From positions 1,171,879 to 1,235,878 of the forward strand of contig MU057801.1 of the NCBI GenBank assembly GCA_013265495.1: DNA of 64,000 bases, written 5' to 3'. Both the position numbers and the translations under genes were made by a program. Origin of the DNA: Vicugna vicugna. Its lineage: Eukaryota. The notes beneath the pieces are model-generated. The model saw only the letters and a list, made by a program, of their open reading frames with translations. It searched no databases and was not told the origin of the DNA. Shown here piece after piece: positions 23,901-35,900 of this stretch (the stretch's first letter is position 1; every line of letters begins with the position of its first letter).

Positions 23901-26900
23901 TCAAAAAGGATATTTATCTGTAGTGTTCTTGTAATGTTTTGGTCCAGTTTGTTTTTTTTTTTAGACTTAAAGTTTTTTAATTTTTATTAATCATTAGTTG
24001 TTTAACTACTGAGAATTTTTATCCTTTCTTTTTGGGGGGCGATAATCCGTTGTTTGTTTGTTTGTTTAATGGAGGTACTGGGGATTGAACCCAGGCCCTC
24101 GTGGATGCTAAGCACACGCTCTCCCACTGAGCTACACCCTCCCCTCCTTGTCCAGTTTTGGTATCAGAGTAATCTTGGCCTCATACTGAGTTGCGAGGTG
24201 TATGCCTTCAGTTTTCTGAGAGTCTCTGTGCAATTCCTATTACGTCTTCCTTAAATATTTGATAGGATTCACCAGTGAAGCCATCTGGACCTGACATTTT
24301 TGGGGAAGTTTTAGCTACAGATTCAGGTTTTTGGATAACCATTGAGCTATTCAGATTATCTATTTATTTTTGAATGAGCTTTTGTAGCTTGTGTCTTTCA
24401 CATATTATGCTCATTTCATCTAAGTTGCCCATTTTCTTGACAGTTCATAGTATTCCTTATTAATTTTTTAATATTAGTAGAAAATGTAGTGATGCTGCTT
24501 CTCTCATTCCTGACGCTAATTTTGTCCTTTCTCTTTTGTTCCATTATCAGTCTGGCTAAACTGATCTCAGAGAACTAGCTTTTGGTTTCATTGATTTTTC
24601 TCCATTATTTTTCTGCTTTCTGTTTCATCAGTTTCTGCTCTTGTATTTATGACTAATTTCTTATGCTCATTTCGAGTTTAGCTGTGTTTCTTGTCCTTCT
24701 TTCTTGCCTCTGCTGAGTTCGTTGCATAGATGCTGCTTCTCCGAGTGCCGTACGCTGCCTGCCAGCCCTGCGCCAGGAGCGTGCCCCACACACTGACACG
24801 TTGCCTTCATTTTCATTCAGTGAACAATACCTGCTCGTGTCCCCTTTGACCCATTGGTTATTCAGAAAAGTGTTACTCAAGTTTCAAATATTTGGAGGAT
24901 TTTTCAAGCATTTTTTTTCTGTTACTGATTTTTAGTTTAGAGAACCTTCTTTCCATAATTTGAATTATTTTAAAGAACCTACTTTGCAGCATGTTCGCTA
25001 CGTGCAGTGGCCCTCCCCTGGTGCAGGCACAGAAGGGGCTCCAGTGCCTTTGACCCAGTGCCAGGTCCGCCCGGCTTCAGAGATTGTCGAGCAGTGCGGG
25101 CCCCGAGTCTCACCGTCTTCACGCTTCCCTGGTGACTCAGCCAGGAGCTGCTGTTGAGGCATCCTCCTCCCCCATGACCAAGGGGAAGGAGCTGACTTGT
25201 CTGATGGCCTGTTCCCAGAAACATCTGGAAGATACAGCCAGAGCCCTCCACCATCAGGATGAGCAGCTTGACAGCATAGCCAGAGGCCTGGACAGGATGG
25301 AATCTGCCCTAGATGTGGCTGACAGGTTGTCGCTTTGTAAGCGGTCCAAACTGGAAAAGACAAGATAAAATTGTTGCTATATGCAGATGACATGATACTG
25401 TATATAGAGAACCCTAAAAGGTCCACACAAAAACTACTAGACCTAATCAAAGAATTCAGCAAGGTAGCAAGATGCAAGATTAATGTACAAAATCAGTTGC
25501 ATTTCTTTACGCTAACGATGAATCAACAGGAAAAGAAAGTAAAGAAACAATCTCTTTTAAAACAGCACCCAAAGTAATAAAATACCTAAGAATAAATCTA
25601 ACCAAGGAGGTGAAAGACTTATACATGGAGAACTACAAAACATTGATCAAGGAAATTAAAGAAGACTTAAAAGAATGGAAAGATATCCCATGCTCTTGGA
25701 TTGGAAGAATCAATATTGTCAAAATGGTTGTACTGCCCAAGGCAATCTTCAGATTTAATGCAATCCCTGTCAGATTACCCAGGATATATTTCACAGAACT
25801 AGAACAAATCATAATAAAGTTTATATGAAATTACAAAAGACCTAGAACTGCCAAAGCATTAGTGTAGAAAAAGAATGAGGCTGGAGGAATAACCCTCCCA
25901 GACTTCAGACAATACTACAGAGCTACAGTGATCAAGACAGCATGGTATTGGTACAAAAGCAGACATATGGATCAATAGAACAGAATAGAGAGCCCAGAAA
26001 TGAACCCACAAACTTTTCGTCAATTAATCTTTGACAAAGGAGGCAAGAACGTACAGTGGAATAAAGACTCTCTTCAGCAAATGGTGTTGGGAAAACTGGA
26101 CGGCAGCATGTAAATCATTGAAGCCAGAACACTCCCTTACACCACACACAAAAATAAACTCAAAATGGATCAAAGACTTAAACATAAGACAAGATACAAT
26201 AAACCTCCTAGAAGAAAACATAGGCAAAACATTCTCTCACGTACATCTCAGCAGTGTTCTCCTAGGGCAGTCTACCCAAGCAATAGAAATAAAAGCAAAA
26301 ATAAACAAATGGGGCCTAGTTAAACTTACAAGCTTTTGCACAGCAAAGGAAACCATAAGCAATACTTTGATTTCTTGAATTTTATCTTCCTGCCCTTTGT
26401 GAATGAAAAATGTTGCCTGCCATATCAGCAAACAAAGGGTGCTGCATCAGCCACTGCCACAGCCCCCAGTGGTGAGCCCAAGGGAACTTGGGATGGAGAC
26501 AACCATGGTGCCCACTGCCAAGCCCTCAGCGACAGAAGCCACCGCTAGTGGTGCACCCTGAGGGGACTCGGGATGGGAAAGATCAGGATACTAGCCCTTG
26601 GGAGGGAAGGTGCTCATCAAAGGAGTGATTTCGGTGAGCCCAGACTCTTGCATCTTCCCATATGTAGAAAAGCACCAAGTTCATTAACTTGAGATAATCT
26701 GGTTTTCCTTAATTAACAGTGGTCTTTTGATGTTCTGGCCACCTGGTCTTTGTTGCAAAAACCCCTATTTACCCTGGCTCCCCCCCTTCCCTCTTCAGAG
26801 CATTCCCTCAGAGCTATCTGAGAAGCTGCCTCCTGCACCTGAAGTCCTCAGAACGTCCACCTAATAAAATATAATTCTCAAAAAACAAAGAAAAAACCTG

Positions 26901-29900
26901 CTTTGTGTAATTTGAATTATTTGAAAGCTGAACTTACTTGTTTTATGGCCCAGAGTATGGTCTTGATAAATGTTTCATTTTAATTTGGGAAAGACACAAG
27001 CTCTGCTGTTGGGTAGTGTGTTCTACAAACGTCGTCCTGCTGGGTGTTGGGTACGGGAGACGTGATTGTCTGTCTCTTGTTCTGCCAGTAATTGATAGGG
27101 GTATGGAAATCTATAAAAATTTTTTAGATTTGTCTGTTTCTTCTTACAGCTCTGTTGCTTTTTGCACCTTGCATTTTGAAACTTACTAGGTGCACAGACG
27201 CTTAGGAGTGTTAAGTCTTGTGCTGAATATGCTCCTTTATCATTGTAAGATGGGTAATATTCTTTGAAATCTGTTTTGTCCGATATTAATACAAGCAGAT
27301 CTTTTGACTAATGTTATCATGGTCTACTTCCATCCTTTTACTTTTGGCCTACTTGAGTCTTTATATACGAAGTGTTCTTAGTAGACAGCATATAGCTGGT
27401 TCTTGTTTTTATATAAAGTTTGATGATTGCTGCCCCTCTTTTTAATTGTGGCCAAATATGCATAATGTGACACTTGCCATTTATATATAGAATTCTGTGG
27501 CATTAAGTACATTTGCAATATTGTGAAGCCATTACTGTTTGTCATTCCTAGAACTTTGTCATCATCCCAAACAGAATCTGTCTACTCATCTAAATTCTCT
27601 GTTCCCTTCCCCTTACTTCATGTCTTATGAATTTGCCTGTTTTGGACTAATATAAGCAGAATCATACTATTTGTCATTTTGTATCTGGCTTCTTTCACTT
27701 TGTCACTTAGCATAATGTTTTCAAGATTCATCCATGTTTAGCATGGATCAGGGCTTTTTTTTATTAAGGATCTTTGAAGCTGTTTGAAGTATTTATATGC
27801 AAATATGTGTATAATGTATAGGAATTTAAATGTTTAAACTCTTCATATGTTGAAGTTTTATAAGTATACGTATAGCTCATTAATTTTCACGAACTGAAGA
27901 TGTGTGACTTGCGCCCAGATCATGAAGCAGAGTATTATCGCAGTGTTAGTACCCTGGGACTCAGGGCTTTGCTCCCTCCTACACGGTGGCCACCCTACAG
28001 TCATGTCTCCTGATAGCAAAGAGTGGTTTTGGTAATGCTTGTATTATTGAAATTGTCTGTTCCTTTCATTTTTATCATTTATTATAAGTCGTGTGTATTT
28101 TCATGCTGTTATTAGGTATATATATGTTTCTAAGTGTTGTATCTTCTTGATGGATTGACCTTTTTATCATTATCAAATGCCATTACTTCTAGTAATTTTT
28201 TAGGTCAGTTTTGTCTGATATGAGTGCAGCCACTCCACATTTCTTGTGGTTGTTATTCTTCCCCATCCATTTACTTTCACTCTGTATGTGTGAATCTCAG
28301 ATGTGTCTCCTGTAGACAGCATATAACTGGGTCAATTTTAATCCAGTGTGATGGTTGTCTTTTGATTGGATTATTTAATCAGCTCACATTTAACATTATC
28401 AATATAGTTAGATTTGTGTTTTCTATATGTATTTTTAGTGTAGCATTTAGATTTCATTAGTGATCTTTTTAAAAAATCTGTTTTAAGTGGTCTAGGGTTT
28501 ACTGCATAGATCTTAACAGCTTTAGATTTATACTAGTTTAAACCCAGTAATATATGGAACCTTTACTGCTGTATGACTTGATTCCTAGTTTCCTTTTTAT
28601 TTGGTCTGTCGTTACGTGTATTATATGCATTAATGCTACAAGCCCAACAGTGCATTGCGAGAATTACTCCTTTACCATCTGCAGTCACGTCCACAGTGCG
28701 TTGCAGTTTGCGTCTCCCCGCCGTTTGGGCTGTTACCAGGAGACGTATCCCGTTTGTACTACATTGTGTGCTGTGAGCTGTAGTGGGTTACACAGTATCA
28801 TTTTATACAGTTGCATTTTTTTTGCAATAGTAGTTAAGAAAAGAAAGGATATATATCTTTACTTATTTTTGTCCCATACGTCTCTCAGGCTTTGTTCACT
28901 TTTCTTGATCTTTTTTCCTCTCTGCTCCCCAGCCTGCATAATCTCTATTAATCTATCTGAGTTTGAGTTTAAGAATTCTCAGGAGGACGGTATAGCACAC
29001 GCTTAGCATACATGAGGTCCTGGGTTCAATCCCCAGTACCTTCTCTAAAAATGAGTAGATAAACCTAACTACCTCCCCCTAAAATAAATAAACAAACAAA
29101 TAAATAAATGTGCAATTTTAAAAAAGAAGAAGAAAACACGAAGAAAATTCTTTCTTTTGCCAGTTCCAGTCCACGCTTGAGCCCCTCTGATGAATTTTTT
29201 TTTAGTTGCTGTGCTTCTCTAACCCCAGAGGCTCCATTTATTTGTTCTTTATACTTCTTGCCTTTGTTAATATTCTCTACTTGATACAAATTGTCATCCT
29301 ATCTTCCTTTAGTTCTTTAACCATATGTCTCTCGTTCAGTGAACATGTTTATAATGGCAGCTTTAAGCTCCCTTCTGCTAAAGCTGACATCTGGACGCTC
29401 ACAGGTGGTTCCTTGTGCCTCCGCCTTCTGTTTCTCTGCTGTGTTTTGCCTGGTAGTTTTGTTGTGCTGGTGGTTTTTTGCTGCAAAGAGGACGCTTTAG
29501 GCAATATATTTTAGTGACTCTGGGTGCTGGTCCCTGCAGACTCTTCCCAGGTGTCTTCCTGGTTTTTGTGGTCATGTACTGGCTGGGCTACGTCAGTCAG
29601 GTGTGTCCTGGCTCCGGCGCTGCCCCCCGGGGGCACGGTGTGGCGCGCCCACAGCCCCCCTGGGACGGCCGTGGCACCGGTGGGGCGTGCTCCCACTCAG
29701 CCACTGGGCTGCCGGGCGCAGTCTCCATTCAGTGCTGTCCGTGGCACTGCTGCTTTCAGCAGTGCCCACGGCACGCGTTCCTCTGTGGCCTGACCCTGCG
29801 AACGTGTGGCTCCTTCCAGGGACTCGTTTCTGGGATTCCCGTTCCAACCCCGGGAGGGCTCCTCCCGCCATATGACGCCGTGGTGCATCTGCTTCTCTGT

Positions 29901-32900
29901 TCCCGTGCCCGTGGGTGCAGACTTCTCCTTGCAAGTGGGGTCAGTTCTGAATTTTCCTAGGTTTCTGTTCTGACTAGATTACCGTTTGCGCCTCGGACTG
30001 TTTCCAAAGGCTTTAAATGTTTTGTTTAAAAGATTGCCACCAGCTCAGCCGGGGCAGGTGAGCCGAGCTCTCCCATGTGCTGTGTCTTGGAGGGTGAAGG
30101 TCGCATTCACAGGTCTTGGGTGCTCTGCGTCCTCCGCGGCTCTGCCCGTCGTCCCTGCCACGCGTTCTGAGTGGTCAGTAAGTCCACGTGGGATCTAGTG
30201 AAGCTACAGTTAATCGGCCTAACATGAGGCTTAAGACACCAGCCCTGAATCCAGACGACTGGGTTCAAATCCTGGTCTCTGCACTTGGCAGAAGGGTGAC
30301 TTTGGAAGGACCCCCAACCCCGCTAAGCATCTCTGTCCTCGTGTGTCAGCAGACTGTTCTGTACCTCCTGGGGCTGTGAGGGGAGAGGGAAAGGAGCCGT
30401 AGTAACAGGCCGTGCGACGGTGCCCGCCCGGTTTCCGTGCTCTGTGAGCGTTCGTGGTGATTAGTCCGTGCTGAGTAACACTAAAAGTGGAGACCTACTG
30501 TGCATACAAGTTGGAAAAACACTCATCACTGAAAGTGATAAGTTTTTCTACTGGGCAACTGTGTCAAAATTTATGGCCTGAATTTTTAACCAAAATACTG
30601 TAATTTGAGTATTTTGGTAGCTTTTTGACCCTTTCTCTCCAAAATACCACCAGTTTTGCAGTTCTTCCCTGGAGTTCCGAGCTGCGTTAAGGAAACCCTC
30701 AAACCAGGCTCTGCAGTGTGGCATCTGGCGTCCAGCAGCGGGAACCCCCTCACAGCGGAAGCGCAGGCGTGGCATGGGTTTTCTAATGCTGCTCTGAGAT
30801 GCGGTGCGTTTACTTAGCTGTTACTAGTGGTGGTTTCCGCCTCACGTTTGAGGAGCCAGGCAGCTGCGCAAGGCTGCCTAGAAGGGTGGATCGCTGTGAG
30901 AGTCACTTTAGGGGTTTCATTCAAAACTGTAGAGTGTGTTTTTATACTGATTCACTGTCTGTGTATTTGTACCATCTTTACTCCTGTAAAGACGTCCTTT
31001 ATCTTGATTCTTCGGTATATTTGTGCACAAACTGGGTAATTTCTCCACTGCTTAGTTGGGATACGTGTCCTTTCCTTTGTGCCTTGAAGAAGGGGGCTTC
31101 TGGCTGCGCAGAGCTGCCTTGACCTCCGAATTTTGGGCAGGGGTACCCCGTCCCTCCAGCCAGGGCGCGGACGGCCCTTCCTCCCCAAGCACCGTGTCCT
31201 CTGGGAATGCCTGTCTCCCGTGGGGCCTGAGAGGGCGGTGGCGGGGGAGCGTGGGGCTGACCCACCCAGCTCTTCCTGCTGCTGGTGCTGATGGCCGAGC
31301 AGAGGGTGTCCTGTGAGCCCCAGGCCCCGAGCCCCTGTGTTCTCCTCCTTCTGCACGTTTGCGATTGTGTGTTCTGATCAGATCTGCCAGTTTTTTGCAT
31401 TTCAGGCCCCCCCTGTCCCGGGGTTTCTCAGTCACAGACAGCTCTCCCTTTGGTTTTCCAGTACAGTTACGCAGTTGTGGTTGTTTGTTTTCAGTCTTCT
31501 GTGTGGTCTGGGGATGGGAAGGAAGCTGCAGGTGTGCTCAGTTTATCATCTGGAAAACCCAAAAGATAATGAAAAACTATTTGAAGTGAATTGGGTTTAG
31601 GGTTCAGATTAGCTGCCTTTGGATCAGTGAAGCATCTCTCTTGAACCCAGCAGGAGATGCACTGGCCTTGTATTTGACAAGGCTCTTGGAGGATGAGTTC
31701 CCTTGTTGAGTAGCAGCATCTTCTCTTGAAAAAACAAACATTAATTTACATAATTAATGTGTTGAATAATATATCCTCAGGACTCCTGAGAGGAAAATGT
31801 GTTCAGTTTTCTTAGTGGGAATGCCTGGAATCCTTTGAAAATTAGGACCGGCCTAGCCCCGCCCCCAGGCTGTACTGTGTAGGTGGTGGGAGTAGAAATT
31901 CTCCTGCAGCTGCACTCAGCGCTCAGTGTAGCATGCTGGTGACCTCCTGTTGTTGTAAACAGTCTCGTTGGACCACAGCCACACCCATTCGTGTCCATAT
32001 TGTTCATGGCTGCTATTACTTTAAAAGGCCCATTCCCTGCTTCTGATCAAGCCCCTCTTTGCTGATTCATGGGGTGTGTGCCCAGGACATTGATAGCGTC
32101 TCCCCTGTTTGGCCCTTTAGTCCCCTTAGTTACTCATTTCTCCCAGTTGTAAATACAAGCTGAAGTCCAGTCTCATTCCTCCCCTCTCAGAGATGACCAC
32201 TGTCCTCAGGTTGGTGTTTATCATTCCTGGCTCTCTGTGCCTTTGCTGCACACGAATTTATCCCTGAACAGTGCCTGATGCTGCTGTCTCTGCTTTGTGA
32301 CTTTCTGTAAGCGGTGGACTGCATCGTTCCTTCGCACCTCGCTTTACTGGCGTAGCAAGGTGTTGGTGAGCTTCCAGCTCTGTTTCTTTGAATCTTACTT
32401 TTGTCTGATATTCTGGTATATGGACATACCGCAGTTTCTAATCCATTCTTTGGGCTCTTTTTTTACCTAGTTAAGTAGACCTTTTGTTTTTATTTCGTTT
32501 TTTAAACAACTTTATTGGGATATAATTTATATGCCATAAAATTCACCTGTTGAAAGGGTACTGTTTAGTGGGTCCAGTACACATGCGGTTGTACAACAAT
32601 CACAAGTATCTAATTTTAGAACATTTTCATCACTCTTAAAAGAAATGTAACCATTTCCAGTCACTTCCTGTGTCCTGCATCCTCCCCCACCTCAGATTGA
32701 GGCGCATCTGTTTCTGTGTAAAGATGCGTCTCTTCTGGATCATGTCAGTGGGATCGGTTATGGTCATTTGTGACTGGCTTTCATTAGCAGAATGTTTTTG
32801 AGGTTCATCCATGATGTAGCATGTATATGATAGGCCTTTAAGTTCTTCACAATTTTTTGTTTTTACCAGTGATACTTTGTGTTATTTATAACTTTTACTA

Positions 32901-35900
32901 TTAATAAGAATAAAAGACCTAAGAATAAAAACCTGTCTCATATTCTTATCATTTGCTGAAGTTCTGGAAGATAAAGAGAAAGGTAATGCTTATTGTAAAA
33001 TACTGCTGCCTGCCTGGAGGGGTGCACGCCAAGCAGGCCTCGGCCCTTGAAGAACTTGCAGCGCAGGTGGGGGTTAGAGCGGCCAGTCCATTGTGAAACC
33101 ACGGGCGTGCAGCCAGTGAGCAAGCGAAATGGTGAGGAAATGCAGGAGCAGTGAGGTTCCTGGGAGACGTGTGCAGAGTGTTACAAAGCGAGCAGCGTAG
33201 ACCCTGGAGGGTTCGTGAGGTTTCGGGAAGTGAGCGTTGAGGGAGCAGGCAGGGGGAGCAGGGGCAGTGCGAGGGGTAAGAGCGGCTTCCCAGAGCCCCA
33301 ATGGGCTGGGGTGGCCGGGGCAGGAGGCTCGTCAGGGCCAGGCTCACTGGTCTGCACCTGCTCTGGCAGGCATCGGAAAGACCAGGCAAGATTTAGACAC
33401 AGCCACGTTTGTATTTAAGAAAGAAAACTGACTGACGCATAGAGGGTGGGCTGGAGACAGGGGAGTCTGGAGGTGGGGCCGTCCCTGCGAAGGCTGCTGC
33501 CATCGTTTGGGTGAGAGGTGGTGCCTAATGTTGGTAGCGGGGATGAGAGGAGGTGAAGCGAGAGGCATTTCTCAGGGTAGATTGACAGGACTCACTGATA
33601 AAGGGTGGGGCGGGTGAGGGACACGAATTCAAAGATGGCTCCCGTGGTCTCTCACTGAGACCGCTGAATGATTTGGGAATCTGCTAACTATCCCCCGTGT
33701 AGTCAAGATTAACTTGTGTTGAAAGCTTTAAGGAGTAAAATAGCTTCTCATCTGATAAATTAAAGATTACAGTAAGTATTTTATTTCCAATTCAGAAATG
33801 AAACACGGGTTCATACTGAGCCTAGGATGTGTCAGTTTCAGACTTGAACAAACCACCCCGAATTATCCCTTCCTCACAGCCGAAAGAATGCAATGGCGTG
33901 AAGATTCCCGTCGACGCCAGCAAGCCCAACCCAAACGACGTGGAGTTTGATAATCTGTATCTGGATATGAACGGAATCATCCACCCCTGCACTCATCCTG
34001 AGGACAAGTACGTGACCCGCTCTTGTCACTGACCTTGCAGACGGCAGAGGGGACGTGGCAGACGGCAGGGGAGGGCTGTGTTGCATTATACTGTTTGCTT
34101 GTCATTCCAGACCAGCACCCAAAAACGAGGATGAAATGATGGTTGCGATTTTTGAATACATCGACAGACTTTTCAATATTGTGAGGCCAAGACGCCTTCT
34201 CTACATGGCGATAGATGGAGTGGTACGTGCTGAGTAACTTAGAATCCTCTGGTTTTGTTTTTCCTGTGTCCCCAGTGTCTAGAATGAAGTCAGGTAAATA
34301 ATGAAGAACGTTGATTGTGGTAAATTTGAGAAAGAAAGCTTCATCTTTCATTCATTCAAACTTTGTGCGTGTGTGTGCACGCACGCGCGCTCCTGTTTTG
34401 GGTGAGATACCGTGAGGTGCTGGGGCTGCTTGTGGGGCTGTTGCTTTTGAAGGGCTTGTCGCTAAAGGGACAGAGACGGTTAAATGAATAGGGCCGGTTA
34501 CTCAGGGCCTTCGCCCACCTGCACTAGACCACATGTGCAGACACGTGCAGGGCTCTGAGGGAGGGGGAGTCAGTGCCTCAGGGGCGTTAGGAGACAGAGA
34601 GGAGGGGGCGTTGGCCCCAGCGTTTGAAGGGTAGAGAATAACTGGAGATGGGGGCAGTGGATGGGACAGCGTGTGGAAGGAGGACCTCCAGGTGTCTCAG
34701 ATGTGTCAGGTCAACACCCTTCCCGGGTCTTTGATGACACTGACACGTTTGGGTGACTGCCGGTGTTGGGACGGGAAAGCAAAGTAGAAAGATGGGCTTG
34801 AGAAGGCTTTTCCTGCCACGCTCAGCTTGGATTCCATCCTGCAGGCGGTGGGCAGTCATCAAAATAACGTAAGTGCGGAGTAACTTACTCAGGTAACAGT
34901 ATCAGGAAGCTTACACTGTGAATGACTGCCAGACTGTACATCAGAGTCCATGGAAATTAGGGTGAATCGTGGCCCTAAACTTATTCAGCTGTATGCACAT
35001 AGATTCCCTTTCTTTTAGATTTAGTAATCTTAGTGGCTAATGAAGTGATTTCATAAATCCAGGAAACTTTGGGTCCCAGGAGAGTAACTTTTCTGTGAGA
35101 TTCTCTGTACTCAAAGTCTTATTTATTTGAAAACTTAACTTTCAATTAAAGCCTAGGAAAGAATAAAGGGAACAGGAGTGTGTCTTATTTGAAACATATT
35201 CCAGTTCACGTTAGCTCAGCGTCTTGAAGGCCTTTCACGTTACTCCAGAGGGCCCTTCTGCGAGATCATGTGTGCAACATGCACACGCGTGTACCTGTGT
35301 GTGCATGCTCTTGTCTATAACATATCAGTGTAGAACTCGCTAGCTGAGAGAGCTAGGTGAGGTGGTCTCGTTTTGCAGGAAAGGGAGCTGTTTAAAGAGG
35401 ATATGAAATAACTTACTTTACGTAGACAGGATACTTGAGAGTCCCTTCTAGCCCCAGACTCCGCTCAGTGATTTCAAAACCTTATGTCCTTCAGTCCACT
35501 CCACTCATCCTGTGGTTTAAGTTTATATTTGCTTAGAGTGATTGACAAGTACGTTTGAGTAAAACCTTGTTCCCTTTATACCTGCTGTGCCTCGTAGAGA
35601 GAGTGGTAATTATGAACCTGATTGTGGGAAGTACAAAAAGGTTTTGGTGGTCTTGTGAATCCCACGTGGAGACTGTCCTTCCTTTCAGACGTGGCAAAGG
35701 GAAGGTCTTCCAGTCCGGGTTCGTGCTAACAGCTCACTGCGTGCTGGCTGCATCTTTGAGCAAAGTGAGCTTTCCTTCTTGGGTGTCTTGAGACACCATA
35801 ACCCAGCGGACCCGGCATTAGGTCGGGGGCCCTGCGGTGTTAATGCTGTCGGGTATTTGTCCCTTTGGCAGGTCACTTGCTCACCTAACTGAGCTCGACT

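Noticed and set aside
25371..26378. Active reverse transcriptase (YADD motif)
   Set aside because: Internal L1 ORF2 fragment with stops and frameshifts; the endonuclease and most of the RT are missing.
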